A DNA stretch of 64,000 nt, taken from contig OZ241322.1 of assembly GCA_965199715.1 (NCBI GenBank), positions 320,001 to 384,000 on the forward strand, in the 5' to 3' direction. The notes below the pieces were generated by a model that saw only the letters and a program-made list of their open reading frames with translations, did not search any database and was not told the DNA's origin. Source of the stretch: Vicinamibacteria bacterium. GTDB taxonomy: Bacteria > Acidobacteriota > Vicinamibacteria > Marinacidobacterales > Marinacidobacteraceae. Position 1 is the first letter of the stretch; every line of letters starts with the position of its first letter. Shown here piece by piece: positions 56,601 to 64,000 of the stretch. Made by a program: the position numbers and the translations under genes.

Positions 56601-56946
56601 CGACGGTCTCGCGCAGCGAGGCGTCGTGCTCCTCGACGTAGAGCGCCACCTGCCGATCGCTCACCCGGGAGCGGAGCGGATTCCACAGGAAGCGGACCAG
56701 CGCGCCGAGCACGAGGAGCCACGCCGACGCCTGGAAGACCCGCACCACCCACTCCTGGTAGCGCAGGGCGTCCATCGCCCACGCCGAAGCCACGACGACC
56801 ACGAGCGAGGCGGCGACGCCGAGCGCGAGACCGCTGAGGATGCGCCGCAGCCGCCAGCGGGCGCGCACCCGGCGGATGACCTCCAGCAGCTCCCGGGTGG
56901 AGGAGCCGCGGTCCGGCCCGAGGAGTCGGTGCTCGAATGCGCTCAT
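53605..56946 (-). CDS. Large membrane-anchored coiled-coil protein (DUF4175-like) of a MoxR cluster
   Basis: N-terminal TMs, beta-rich middle (YPAHTGLEP, AEDDYAL), long helical C terminus ending YEEMVEEYFRAL. Confidence 0.75.
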   Translation of the reverse strand: MSAFEHRLLGPDRGSSTRELLEVIRRVRARWRLRRILSGLALGVAASLVVVVASAWAMDALRYQEWVVRVFQASAWLLVLGALVRFLWNPLRSRVSDRQVALYVEEHDASLRETVVSGVELGSEMEAGERGLAGVSPELARLVVEEAIRRCEEGNVGKSVETGGLRRTGAAFATVLVAIAGVAVIAPPVLQGGVSLLLTPWRDVSAANPYRIHVDPGDLVVATGSDRWIDAHLEGFTADRVEIVTDSDGGGRRSEAMGFDPETGSFRHLLLGIPETTHYFVEAEGVRSSRYRIDVEDVPQVARLDLTYRYPAHTGLEPRVVEDGGDVAAVTGTRIEVLAHTSVAVEAGAIRMETGPERAREIVEIPLEPGPDGGLTAVLAPERSGSYRIALADPRGRVRTASRDYAIELLEDLPPIARFVQPGRDVEASAVEEVFTEVFAEDDYALRRLELRWAVNGGEERTEVLLGSGLRSEIQTGHTLFLEEHELVPGDLLSYYAVAEDGAGTTASTDLYFVAIRRLDRTWRQADSAPGGGGAGGAGDALDGTLTLRQKQVVVATFKVIQERPDLPGTVFSETVATVGLAQGRLREQVSTLARRLRNRGIAQVPEFGGIVEELEAALVEMAAAEELLVAGDPDGALPSEQKALAHLQRADATFSEREVSFGGGGGGGGGAPTPQSEDLARLFELEMDKLRNQYETVEQRQQGSAADEVDEVMERLAELARRQEQENARRGLPQGPGDGGGQRQIAEETDEIARRLERLARERSRPDLAAVSRRLREAAQQMRGANGGADGVASGLSAAEGLRGARRELDSQRRERLDRDVERLANEVGRLRSTQNRIRDEVAGLGDRPDRDAVRALQEQKADLAERVQGVEGDLDEVSREWSRDEPEASRAVGAAARGIRDRKLKEKIHYSRGVIAERSPDYADQFEAMIASDLEALEQDLERAGETVRGSERAAREDVLDRAGSLVRGLESLRNRLAERGEGAGGGSDEARQLDREMDRRIAEADGLRGALGNVGGAGGPLGPERLDGAIDSMRGLSPDDLIGDPRAVAALESDVLDALREFEFDLRRALRGGQTDVVATGAERAPEGYEEMVEEYFRALGRAEPESPRR

Positions 56947-58997
56947 GACGCCTTGCCGGTGAGTATAGGAACCGCGGGCGAGCCGCGGCGGAATCCGCCG
57001 GTCGCGACGATTCCCTCGGAGAGGAGCAGGAGCGCGAGCGCGAGAAGCAGCGGCCATCCGAGGCGCAGCCCGGCGGCGACGGCCGGGGCCGGCTCGCCGT
57101 CCTCGGGCTCGGTTGGCGGCGGCGCGGCCACCGCGACCCGCACCTCCTCGGCGTCCAGCAGCGCCGGGTCCAGCTCGGCGAGCGGCGGATTCGCGGCGAT
57201 CGCGCGGAACTCCTCCGCCTCGGGCGGGCGGGCGCCCCAACGGCCGGCGGCGTCGAGCCGCAACGCCGCTCCCTCGGCCAGCACCGACGCGCTTCCGTCC
57301 GGACCGCGCACCAGCAGCTCCGCGCCCTCCGCCCGGAACGCGGACGCGGGATCCACGACCTGGCCCACCCGCCACGCGATCGGGACCTCCTCGAAGCGGG
57401 CGGCCCACGCGAGCAGCTCGTGGACCAGCGGCACGAAGGCCGGACGCTGCGGGAGGTCGTTCCACGAGGCGTCGAAGGAGCTCAGGAAGGTCGCGACCCG
57501 TCCGGCGCCCCGCTCGTGCGCGACGAGCGCGGGCCGGCCGTCGTCGAAGCGCGCCAGCGCCGCCCCGTCGGGAATCGCTCCCGAGACGGAGCGGTAGCGG
57601 AAGAACGCCGCGCCGCTCAGCGCCGCGGTGACCCCGCCCCCGCCGGAAAAGGGCGCGAAGATCGGATGGCGGTTCCGCAGGTTTCCGATCCGCCCCGGCG
57701 GAAACCGCTCCACCGCGTCGCCGACGGCGAACGGGATCACCGCCTCGAGGCCGGTTCGGACGCGGGTCGGCCCCATTCCGAGGACGAGTCCCCCGCCCGC
57801 ATCGACGAACGCGCCGAGCGCCTCGACGGCGGCGGGGTCGAGGCGGCCCGGATCGGCCGCGACCACGACCCGGACGCCCTCGAGCGGGGGCGCTCCCCGG
57901 ACCGGACCGTCCTCCACGAGGAACGCGGGCGACGCGCCGACCCGCAGCGCCTCGCGCAGATACAGCGGCGAGCTTCCGCCGCCGAGGTGCAGGACCCGCA
58001 CCGCGTCGCCGGGATCGACGACGAACCGGAACGCGTCGTCGTCGGGGAGCCAGTCGGGCCGCGGCCCGGAAATCCGCACCTCCGCCGCGATCGGCTCCGC
58101 CGAGCGGACGAAGGGAGCGAAGCGCACGGCGGCCGCCTCGAGCGAACGCGCTCCCTCGAGCACGACGGTCCGGCGCTCCACGGCGCGCCCGGCGAGCCAC
58201 AGCGACGCCTCCGCCTCGACCCGCTCCCCCGAGGGACCGGGAACGAATCCGATCCGGGCGGCGGCCGCAAGGCCGTCGCGTCCCGCCGGAGCGAGCGTCA
58301 CCGACGAGACCGACGCGCCCCACGAGGCCGGCGGCGAGCCGACCCCGACCACGGTCACGGCGGCGCCCTCCGGGAGCGCCCGATCCGGACTCCCGTCCTC
58401 GAAGCCGCTGCGCTGGAGGTCCGAGATCAGGACGACCTCGCGCCGGCGGCCCGGCGCCGCGGGAACGAGCCGCGCCCCGAGTCCCAGCGCCGTCGCGATG
58501 CGGGTTCCGGCCTCTCCCGGCTGGATTCCCTCGACCGCGCGGCGCAGCTCGTCGCGATCCTCGGTGAGCCCGGTGAGCGCCTCGGGGCGGTCGTCGAAGG
58601 CGAGCACGACCGCGCGGTCCGCCGGGCCGAGCCCGGACAGGACCTCCGCCGCGGCTTCGCGGGCCGCTTCGCCCCGGTCGCCGATCCTCATGCTGAGCGA
58701 ACGGTCCACCACGAGCGCCACGTCCCGGGGCGGATCGGCCCAGTCCGCCGCCGCGCCGGAGTCGAGCAGCGGGCGGGCGAACGCCAGCGCGAGCAGGAGC
58801 AGCGCCGCGATGCGCAGGAGCAGCAGCGGCAGGTTTCGGATCCGCCGGCGCCGGTGACGAACGGCGGGGCCGAGCCGCTTCAGGAAGAGCAGCGACGGGA
58901 ACGCGACCGGCTTGCGCCGCCTCCGGGTGAGGTGCAGCACGATCGGCAACGCGACCAGAAGGCCGCCGAGCAGGAAGAGCGGCGCGACGAATCCCAT
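56943..58997 (-). CDS. BatA-domain / von Willebrand A membrane protein
   Basis: LPIVLHL..FPSL.FL..LALAFARP BatA motif; DRSLSM MIDAS; ISDLQ. Confidence 0.85.
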   Translation of the reverse strand: MGFVAPLFLLGGLLVALPIVLHLTRRRRKPVAFPSLLFLKRLGPAVRHRRRRIRNLPLLLLRIAALLLLALAFARPLLDSGAAADWADPPRDVALVVDRSLSMRIGDRGEAAREAAAEVLSGLGPADRAVVLAFDDRPEALTGLTEDRDELRRAVEGIQPGEAGTRIATALGLGARLVPAAPGRRREVVLISDLQRSGFEDGSPDRALPEGAAVTVVGVGSPPASWGASVSSVTLAPAGRDGLAAAARIGFVPGPSGERVEAEASLWLAGRAVERRTVVLEGARSLEAAAVRFAPFVRSAEPIAAEVRISGPRPDWLPDDDAFRFVVDPGDAVRVLHLGGGSSPLYLREALRVGASPAFLVEDGPVRGAPPLEGVRVVVAADPGRLDPAAVEALGAFVDAGGGLVLGMGPTRVRTGLEAVIPFAVGDAVERFPPGRIGNLRNRHPIFAPFSGGGGVTAALSGAAFFRYRSVSGAIPDGAALARFDDGRPALVAHERGAGRVATFLSSFDASWNDLPQRPAFVPLVHELLAWAARFEEVPIAWRVGQVVDPASAFRAEGAELLVRGPDGSASVLAEGAALRLDAAGRWGARPPEAEEFRAIAANPPLAELDPALLDAEEVRVAVAAPPPTEPEDGEPAPAVAAGLRLGWPLLLALALLLLSEGIVATGGFRRGSPAVPILTGKAS

Positions 58998-59000
58998 GCC

Positions 59001-59945
59001 TCAGCGCCCCCGGGAGCGCCCCTCGCGCTCGGTCAGGTAGCGGAACAGCGCGAAATCGAGCGGCGTGGCGGTGTCGGCGAGCACGTGATCCGCTCCCCGG
59101 CGCCCGAGCCCGGCGCGCAGCTCGGCGATGTGCGCGTCGAGCAGGTCCCGGTAGCTGTCGCGGATCCGGCCCGGCTGAACCTCGAGCACGGCTCCCGTCT
59201 CGAGATCCCGGATGCGCGAGCCGCCGTCGTCGAAATCGGGGAGCCCGTCGAGGTCGAGGTCGCGCTCGGCGGGGTCGAGCACGTGGAACGCCATCACGTC
59301 GTGGCCCGCCGCCCGCAGCCGGTCGAACGCCGCGAGGATCTCGTCCGCCGGCTCGTAGAAGTCGGAGACCACGGCCACGAGCCCGCGCCGGGTGAGCACC
59401 GCGCCCATCCGCCCGAGGATTCCGCCGAGGGTCCCGGCGCCCTCGTCGCGCACCGGCCCCGGCTCGGCGGCGGCGAGCGTGCGGAGCACCGTGTCGAGGT
59501 GCTTCGCCGAGGGCGGCACGAACTCGCGAAGCTCGTCGTCGAACGTGACGAGGCCCACCCGGTCGCGCTGGCTGCGTGAGAACGCGGCGAGGCAACCGGC
59601 GAGGAACCGGGCGTAGTCGAGCTTGCGGATCCCCCGATGGCGGAAGTCCATCGAGCCCGAGACGTCCACCGCCACGACGAGGTTCGCGTTCGTGTCCGCC
59701 TCGAATTCCTTCACGTGAAAGCGGTCGGACCGGGCGAAGAGCCGCCAGTCCAGCCGGCGGATGTCGTCGCCGGGCATGTAGGGACGGTGCTCGGCGAAGT
59801 CCACCGAGCGCCCGAGGAAGGTCGAGCGGTGGAGGCCGCTGATGAATCCCTGCACCACGACCCTCGCGACGAGATGCAAGTTGGCGATGCGCGCCAGCGC
59901 GACCGGATCGAGGAACCGGGCGGCCGGGTCACTGGCCGGAGCCAT
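59001..59945 (-). CDS. DUF58 family (vWA) protein
   Basis: FAEHRPY.PGDDIRRLDW, DVSGSM, VVSDF. Confidence 0.93.
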   Translation of the reverse strand: MAPASDPAARFLDPVALARIANLHLVARVVVQGFISGLHRSTFLGRSVDFAEHRPYMPGDDIRRLDWRLFARSDRFHVKEFEADTNANLVVAVDVSGSMDFRHRGIRKLDYARFLAGCLAAFSRSQRDRVGLVTFDDELREFVPPSAKHLDTVLRTLAAAEPGPVRDEGAGTLGGILGRMGAVLTRRGLVAVVSDFYEPADEILAAFDRLRAAGHDVMAFHVLDPAERDLDLDGLPDFDDGGSRIRDLETGAVLEVQPGRIRDSYRDLLDAHIAELRAGLGRRGADHVLADTATPLDFALFRYLTEREGRSRGR

Positions 59946-59951
59946 CGGGCC

Positions 59952-61022
59952 TCACATCCGGGAGCGGGGCGTCGGCACGGCTTCCAGCAGCTTCGCCACG
60001 ATCGCCTCGGAGTCCACCTTCTCCGACTGGGCGTGGAAGTTCGGGAGGATCCGGTGCCGGAAGATCGGGGGCGCCATCGCCCGCACGTCCTCGAGCGCCA
60101 CGTGGTGGCGCCCTTTCATCAGGGCGCGGGCCTTGCTGGCGAGGACGACGTTCTGCGCGGCGCGGACGCTCGCGCCGTAGGCCACCCACTCCTTGACGAA
60201 GTCGGGCGCGTCGTCGGCGTCCGGACGGCTGCGGCGGGCGAGCTCGACCGCGTAGCCGAGGACCGCCTCGGTCACCGGCACCCGCCTCACGAGGCGCTGG
60301 AATCGGATCAGGTCCTCGCCCTCGAGCGCCTGGTCGAGCTGCGGCTTCGCGTCGCGGGTGGTCGTCCGCACGACCTCGAGCTCCTGGTCCGCCGGCAGGT
60401 AGCCGATGACGATGTTGAAGAGGAACCGGTCGAGCTGCGCTTCGGGCAGCGGATAGGTGCCCTCCAGCTCGATCGGGTTCTGGGTCGCGAAGACGAAGTA
60501 GGGCTCGGGCAGCCGGTAGGTCCGCCCCTGGACCGTGACCTGGCGCTCCTGCATGGCTTCGAGCAGCGCCGACTGGGTCTTCGGCGGCGTCCGGTTGATC
60601 TCGTCCGCGAGCACGATGTTCGTGAAGACCGGCCCCTTGACGAAGACGAGGTTCCGCTTTCCGGTCTCCGGGTTCTCCTGGATGATGTCGGTGCCGGTGA
60701 TGTCCGACGGCATCAGGTCCGGGGTGAACTGGATCCGGTTGAAGTCCAGCGAGAGCACCTCGGAGAGCGTCTGGACGATCAGCGTCTTGGCGAGCCCGGG
60801 GACGCCGGTGATGATGCTGTTTCCGCCCGCAAGCAGGCTCACCAGCACCTGTTCGAGCGCCGCTTCCTGCCCGATGATGGCCTTCTGGATCTCGCGGGTG
60901 ACCGCCTCCATCGAGTTCTGGAGCCGGACGGCGAGTTCCGCGTCGGATTCGGCGGGAACCGTTTCGGCGGGGGCCGGGGCCGCCGGCCCGCCGAGGTCCT
61001 GTTCCGAAGTCGCGTCGCTCAA
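59952..61022 (-). CDS. MoxR family AAA+ ATPase
   Basis: GVPGLAKT, RIQFTPDLMPSD, DEINRTPPKTQSALLEAMQE, YPLPEAQLDRF; TTG start with GGAGG RBS. Confidence 0.95.
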   Translation of the reverse strand: MSDATSEQDLGGPAAPAPAETVPAESDAELAVRLQNSMEAVTREIQKAIIGQEAALEQVLVSLLAGGNSIITGVPGLAKTLIVQTLSEVLSLDFNRIQFTPDLMPSDITGTDIIQENPETGKRNLVFVKGPVFTNIVLADEINRTPPKTQSALLEAMQERQVTVQGRTYRLPEPYFVFATQNPIELEGTYPLPEAQLDRFLFNIVIGYLPADQELEVVRTTTRDAKPQLDQALEGEDLIRFQRLVRRVPVTEAVLGYAVELARRSRPDADDAPDFVKEWVAYGASVRAAQNVVLASKARALMKGRHHVALEDVRAMAPPIFRHRILPNFHAQSEKVDSEAIVAKLLEAVPTPRSRM

Positions 61023-61032
61023 GCGAGCCTCC

Positions 61033-61824
61033 CTAGTGGATCATCCCGTATATGACGTAGTTGACGCCCAGCTTGAACGCCTCGTTGGTCAGGTCCACCG
61101 GCCAGTAGCCGCTGCCCGACCATTCCCAGTAGTCGCCGATGTCGTGGTTGTAATTGGCGATGACCATGAGGCGCCCGTTCGAGTCGTTGTCCTCGAAATA
61201 GCCGTAGTACACCGGAACGAGGTCGGGCCTCGTCGCGTGCTCGAATTCGAGCGTGTCGATGTGGAAGAACGAGTCGAAGACCGGATGGGTGACCTCCAGC
61301 TCGATCAGGTCGTGACCGGGGAGCACGCGCTCCATCTGGCGGGCGAAGTTGGCGAGCGCGCGCGACTGGACGAAGTCGTCCACGACGAGGAACCCGCCCT
61401 TGAGCAGGTAGGCCCGGAGGTTCTCCGCCTCCTGGTCGCTCGGAAGCCAGTAGCCCACCTCGCACAGATACGCCCACGGCCGGCGGAAAAGTTCCTCGTC
61501 GTTCAGCGACCAGATGTCGGTGCCCTCGTCGTGGAGCGAGAGCGAGGTGTACTCGGCGAGGATGCGGTTGAAATTCTGCTCGCCCCACGGGTAGTCGTGG
61601 TTCCACTTGAGGTCGAGCCCCCAGTAGAAGCCGCCGCGCCGGTAGCGGGGCGGCTCGAAACGGATGCGCACGAACGCGAACCGGTGGTCGTACGGCGCGT
61701 TCGCGTAGTCGAGCGGGAGCTCCAACGCGTTCGGGTCGGGCCGGAACGTCGCGGTCAGCTCGCGTGCGGGCTCCTGGGCGAACGCCGCGACCGGCAGCGC
61801 GATCAGGAGCGCCCGGCGGATCAC
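61033..61824 (-). CDS. DUF4159 domain protein
   Basis: WNHDYP, LRAYLLKGGFLVVDDF, HPVF, FKLGVNYVIY. Confidence 0.85.
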   Translation of the reverse strand: MIRRALLIALPVAAFAQEPARELTATFRPDPNALELPLDYANAPYDHRFAFVRIRFEPPRYRRGGFYWGLDLKWNHDYPWGEQNFNRILAEYTSLSLHDEGTDIWSLNDEELFRRPWAYLCEVGYWLPSDQEAENLRAYLLKGGFLVVDDFVQSRALANFARQMERVLPGHDLIELEVTHPVFDSFFHIDTLEFEHATRPDLVPVYYGYFEDNDSNGRLMVIANYNHDIGDYWEWSGSGYWPVDLTNEAFKLGVNYVIYGMIH

Positions 61825-64000
61825 GATCCCTCCTCCGAGAGCCGCCGGAGCAGCCCGAGCGCGTCCCGGTAGGTGGGCGCGATCTCAAGCGCCTCGAGCA
61901 CGCGCCACCGCGCCCTCGTCCGGTCGCCCGCGAGGCGGTGCGCCCGGGCGAGGCGGTAGAGCGCGCCGGCCCGGTCCGGGGGCTCGGTCGCGAGCACTGC
62001 CCGGCGTTCCCGGATCTCGCTACCGTGGTCGCCGAGTTCGGCGAATGCGTCGGCGAGGCGCTCGTGCGGCTCCCGGCTCATCGGCCACGCGAGGAGTCCC
62101 GCCTCGAGCGCCTCGGCCGCTTCCGCCGGATCGCGCCGCAGCGCGGCGAGCCGCACCCAGCCCTCGTGGTCGGCGGGAACCAGCGCGAGGTGCCGCTCGA
62201 GCGCCTCCGCCGCCTCGGCGTCGCGCCCGGCCCGCTCGTGGATGCGCGACAGCGCCCGGGACGCGCCGTCGAGCCCGCCGTAGTCGGGAGCCGACCGGAA
62301 GGCGCGCTCCAGGTACGGGACCGCCTCCGCGTCGCGGCCACTCGCTTCGAGCGCGTTCCCCGCGGCGAGCTGGGCGAAGAAGTCCTCCGGGCGCTCGTCG
62401 GCGCGCCGCCGCAGCCCGGGGAGCGAGACGGGCCCGGGAACGTCGGCGAGCGCGTTCGCCGCCGCGCCGAACCGCTCCTCGACGCCCGCCGCGAGCGCCG
62501 CGTCGAGCGCGTCGAGCGATTCGCCGAGAACCTTGGGAAGGACCTCGCGGCTGGTCTCGCCCCGGTGGAACCCGTCCAGCATGGAGAGGATCGCCGGGAA
62601 CCCGTACGTCGCCTCCACCTGCTCCAGCACGAGCGAGGAATGGTAGTAGGAGACCCCCACCTGCCCCGGCCACGTGGGGCGCAGGAATCCCTCGTCCAGT
62701 TCGCCGAGCGGCAGGAGCGCGTCGCCGCGCATCGCCTGGTAGAAGGCGCGGCTCGCGCCGTCCCCGAAGCGCCGCCGCTCCTCCAACTGGCTCATCCCCT
62801 CGGTGAACCAGCGCGGAACGCGGTTCCCCGTCAGGCCCATGGTCACCGCATGGGCCAACTCGTGCCACAGCGTGGAGGTCCAGTGGTACTCGCCCACCTC
62901 GCGGGTCGAGGGCGACTCGAGCGCGATCACGTTTCCGAAGCAGACCCCGTGCGCGCCGATGCCGGTCATCCCCACGGTGCGCACCGAGAAGTCCGCCGAC
63001 CGGTCGTACACCTCGATCCTGATCGTCCCGTCGGGTCTCCAGCCGTACCGCTCGCCGAAGGCCTCGATCGCCTCGCGGGACACTGCTTCCAAGTACGGCA
63101 GTAACAGGTCCGCCTGGGTCGGCGGCAGCACGAACTCGAACGGCGGCGCGCGCACGACCGTGAACGCTTCCAACTCGTCCAGCAGGTCCAGCGTGTTCTT
63201 CACGAACGCGTCGAACGGATCGCGCTGGAAGGCGGCCTCGAGCGCCCTCCGCCCGGCTTCCATTTCGCCGAGTCGCAGGAGGTTGAGCCCCGAAAGGCGC
63301 AGGGCGGCCACCGACTCCGGATCGCGCTTCAGCGCCGCCTCCGCCCGCTCGGCGGCCTCCCGGTAGCGCCGGGTGCGCTCGGCGGCGGCCCCGACGCCGA
63401 GATCGAGCCGTGGATCGCCCGGAAACGCGGTCCGGAACCGCTCCTCCACCGCCGCTGCGCCGGCGAGGTCGCCGCTCAGGAAAAGCGCCCCCGCTCTAGC
63501 CTCCAGCGCGGCGGGCGAACGCGGCAGGTCGGCGAGCAGCGCGGCGGAGGCCTCGAGCGCGGCCTCGGCGTCGTCCTCCTCGAGCAGGCGGACGATCCGC
63601 AGCGCCCGCGCCTCGGGATGCCGGGGGTTCACGGCGAGCGCGGCGTCGAGCGGATCCCCGCTCGCGGCCGCCCCGCGCAGCCGGGCGATTCCGAGAAGCG
63701 CCCGCGGATCGCGGGGGTTCCGGTCCAGCACCGCCCGGAACTCGCGCTCGGCCTCCGACAGGTTGCCCTTGTCGGCCAGAAGCTCCGCCGCGAGCAGGCG
63801 CGGGAGCCGGTCGCCGGGCGCGAGCGCCGCCGCTTGGTCGAAGAGCTGCAACGCCTCCCGGACGAGGCCGCTTCCGAGGTAGCCGAGCCGGACCAGCGCC
63901 TGTCCCGCGGCGACGAGTCCGGCAGCGGTGCGGGCCTCGGGCGGCGCCCGCTCGTGCTCGCGGAGCGCCGCCTCGAGCCGCTCGCGCGGGTTCGCGCCGC
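61821..64000 (-). CDS. TPR-repeat protein with a peptidase MA-like HExxH domain (5' end outside the window)
   Basis: TLWHELAH..VPRWFTEG plus TPR-like helices. The frame stays open beyond the track's TTG start to the window edge. Confidence 0.85.
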   Translation of the reverse strand, partial: GANPRERLEAALREHERAPPEARTAAGLVAAGQALVRLGYLGSGLVREALQLFDQAAALAPGDRLPRLLAAELLADKGNLSEAEREFRAVLDRNPRDPRALLGIARLRGAAASGDPLDAALAVNPRHPEARALRIVRLLEEDDAEAALEASAALLADLPRSPAALEARAGALFLSGDLAGAAAVEERFRTAFPGDPRLDLGVGAAAERTRRYREAAERAEAALKRDPESVAALRLSGLNLLRLGEMEAGRRALEAAFQRDPFDAFVKNTLDLLDELEAFTVVRAPPFEFVLPPTQADLLLPYLEAVSREAIEAFGERYGWRPDGTIRIEVYDRSADFSVRTVGMTGIGAHGVCFGNVIALESPSTREVGEYHWTSTLWHELAHAVTMGLTGNRVPRWFTEGMSQLEERRRFGDGASRAFYQAMRGDALLPLGELDEGFLRPTWPGQVGVSYYHSSLVLEQVEATYGFPAILSMLDGFHRGETSREVLPKVLGESLDALDAALAAGVEERFGAAANALADVPGPVSLPGLRRRADERPEDFFAQLAAGNALEASGRDAEAVPYLERAFRSAPDYGGLDGASRALSRIHERAGRDAEAAEALERHLALVPADHEGWVRLAALRRDPAEAAEALEAGLLAWPMSREPHERLADAFAELGDHGSEIRERRAVLATEPPDRAGALYRLARAHRLAGDRTRARWRVLEALEIAPTYRDALGLLRRLSEEGS

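Noticed and set aside
59707-59722. parS-like TTCACGTGAA core
   Set aside because: Only 12 of 16 match, outer bases are wrong, and it encodes FHVKE within the DUF58 gene.
3240-63882. Numerous long alternative-frame and antisense ORFs in the track (e.g. 10391-14095, 25233-29135, the first half of 53605-59595)
   Set aside because: Arg/Pro/Gly/Ala-rich shadow ORFs caused by high GC; they overlap well-supported genes and have no motifs.
1-64000. CRISPR arrays, tRNA/rRNA genes, transposases, integrases, prophage genes
   Set aside because: None recognised; intergenic spaces are short and no repeat-spacer pattern was seen.

Overview
This is a very GC-rich, gene-dense chromosomal segment, most likely from an Acidobacteriota bacterium (inferred from an ADOP-type permease remnant, gene order and gene content). 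Core genes include mutS (partial), tsaB, psd/pssA, guaA, dnaE, accA-lptC/A-lptB-rpoN-PTS, tol-pal-cpoB, recN, miaB, hflKC and a MoxR/DUF58/BatA cluster. Several features are not shown by the ORF track. (1) The window appears to contain the replication terminus: a XerCD dif site at 46396-46423, with GGGNAGGG (KOPS) octamers switching strand across it. A non-canonical ParA/ParB pair lies only about 3 kb from dif. (2) Two adjacent ssb genes each encode TWO OB folds and sit just upstream of a lexA-imuA-imuB-dnaE2 cassette. The lexA promoter carries a perfect palindrome that does not match the SOS boxes I know. (3) A redox operon has two in-frame UGA codons at catalytic-Cys positions, each followed by a similar SECIS-like hairpin: an exported peroxiredoxin-like protein and an OsmC-like protein, both likely selenoproteins. 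(4) A sigma54 -24/-12 motif lies upstream of the operon encoding sigma54 itself. (5) Many genes appear leaderless (TANNNT 6-9 nt before the start codon). All calls come from reading motifs by eye; no database searches were run.
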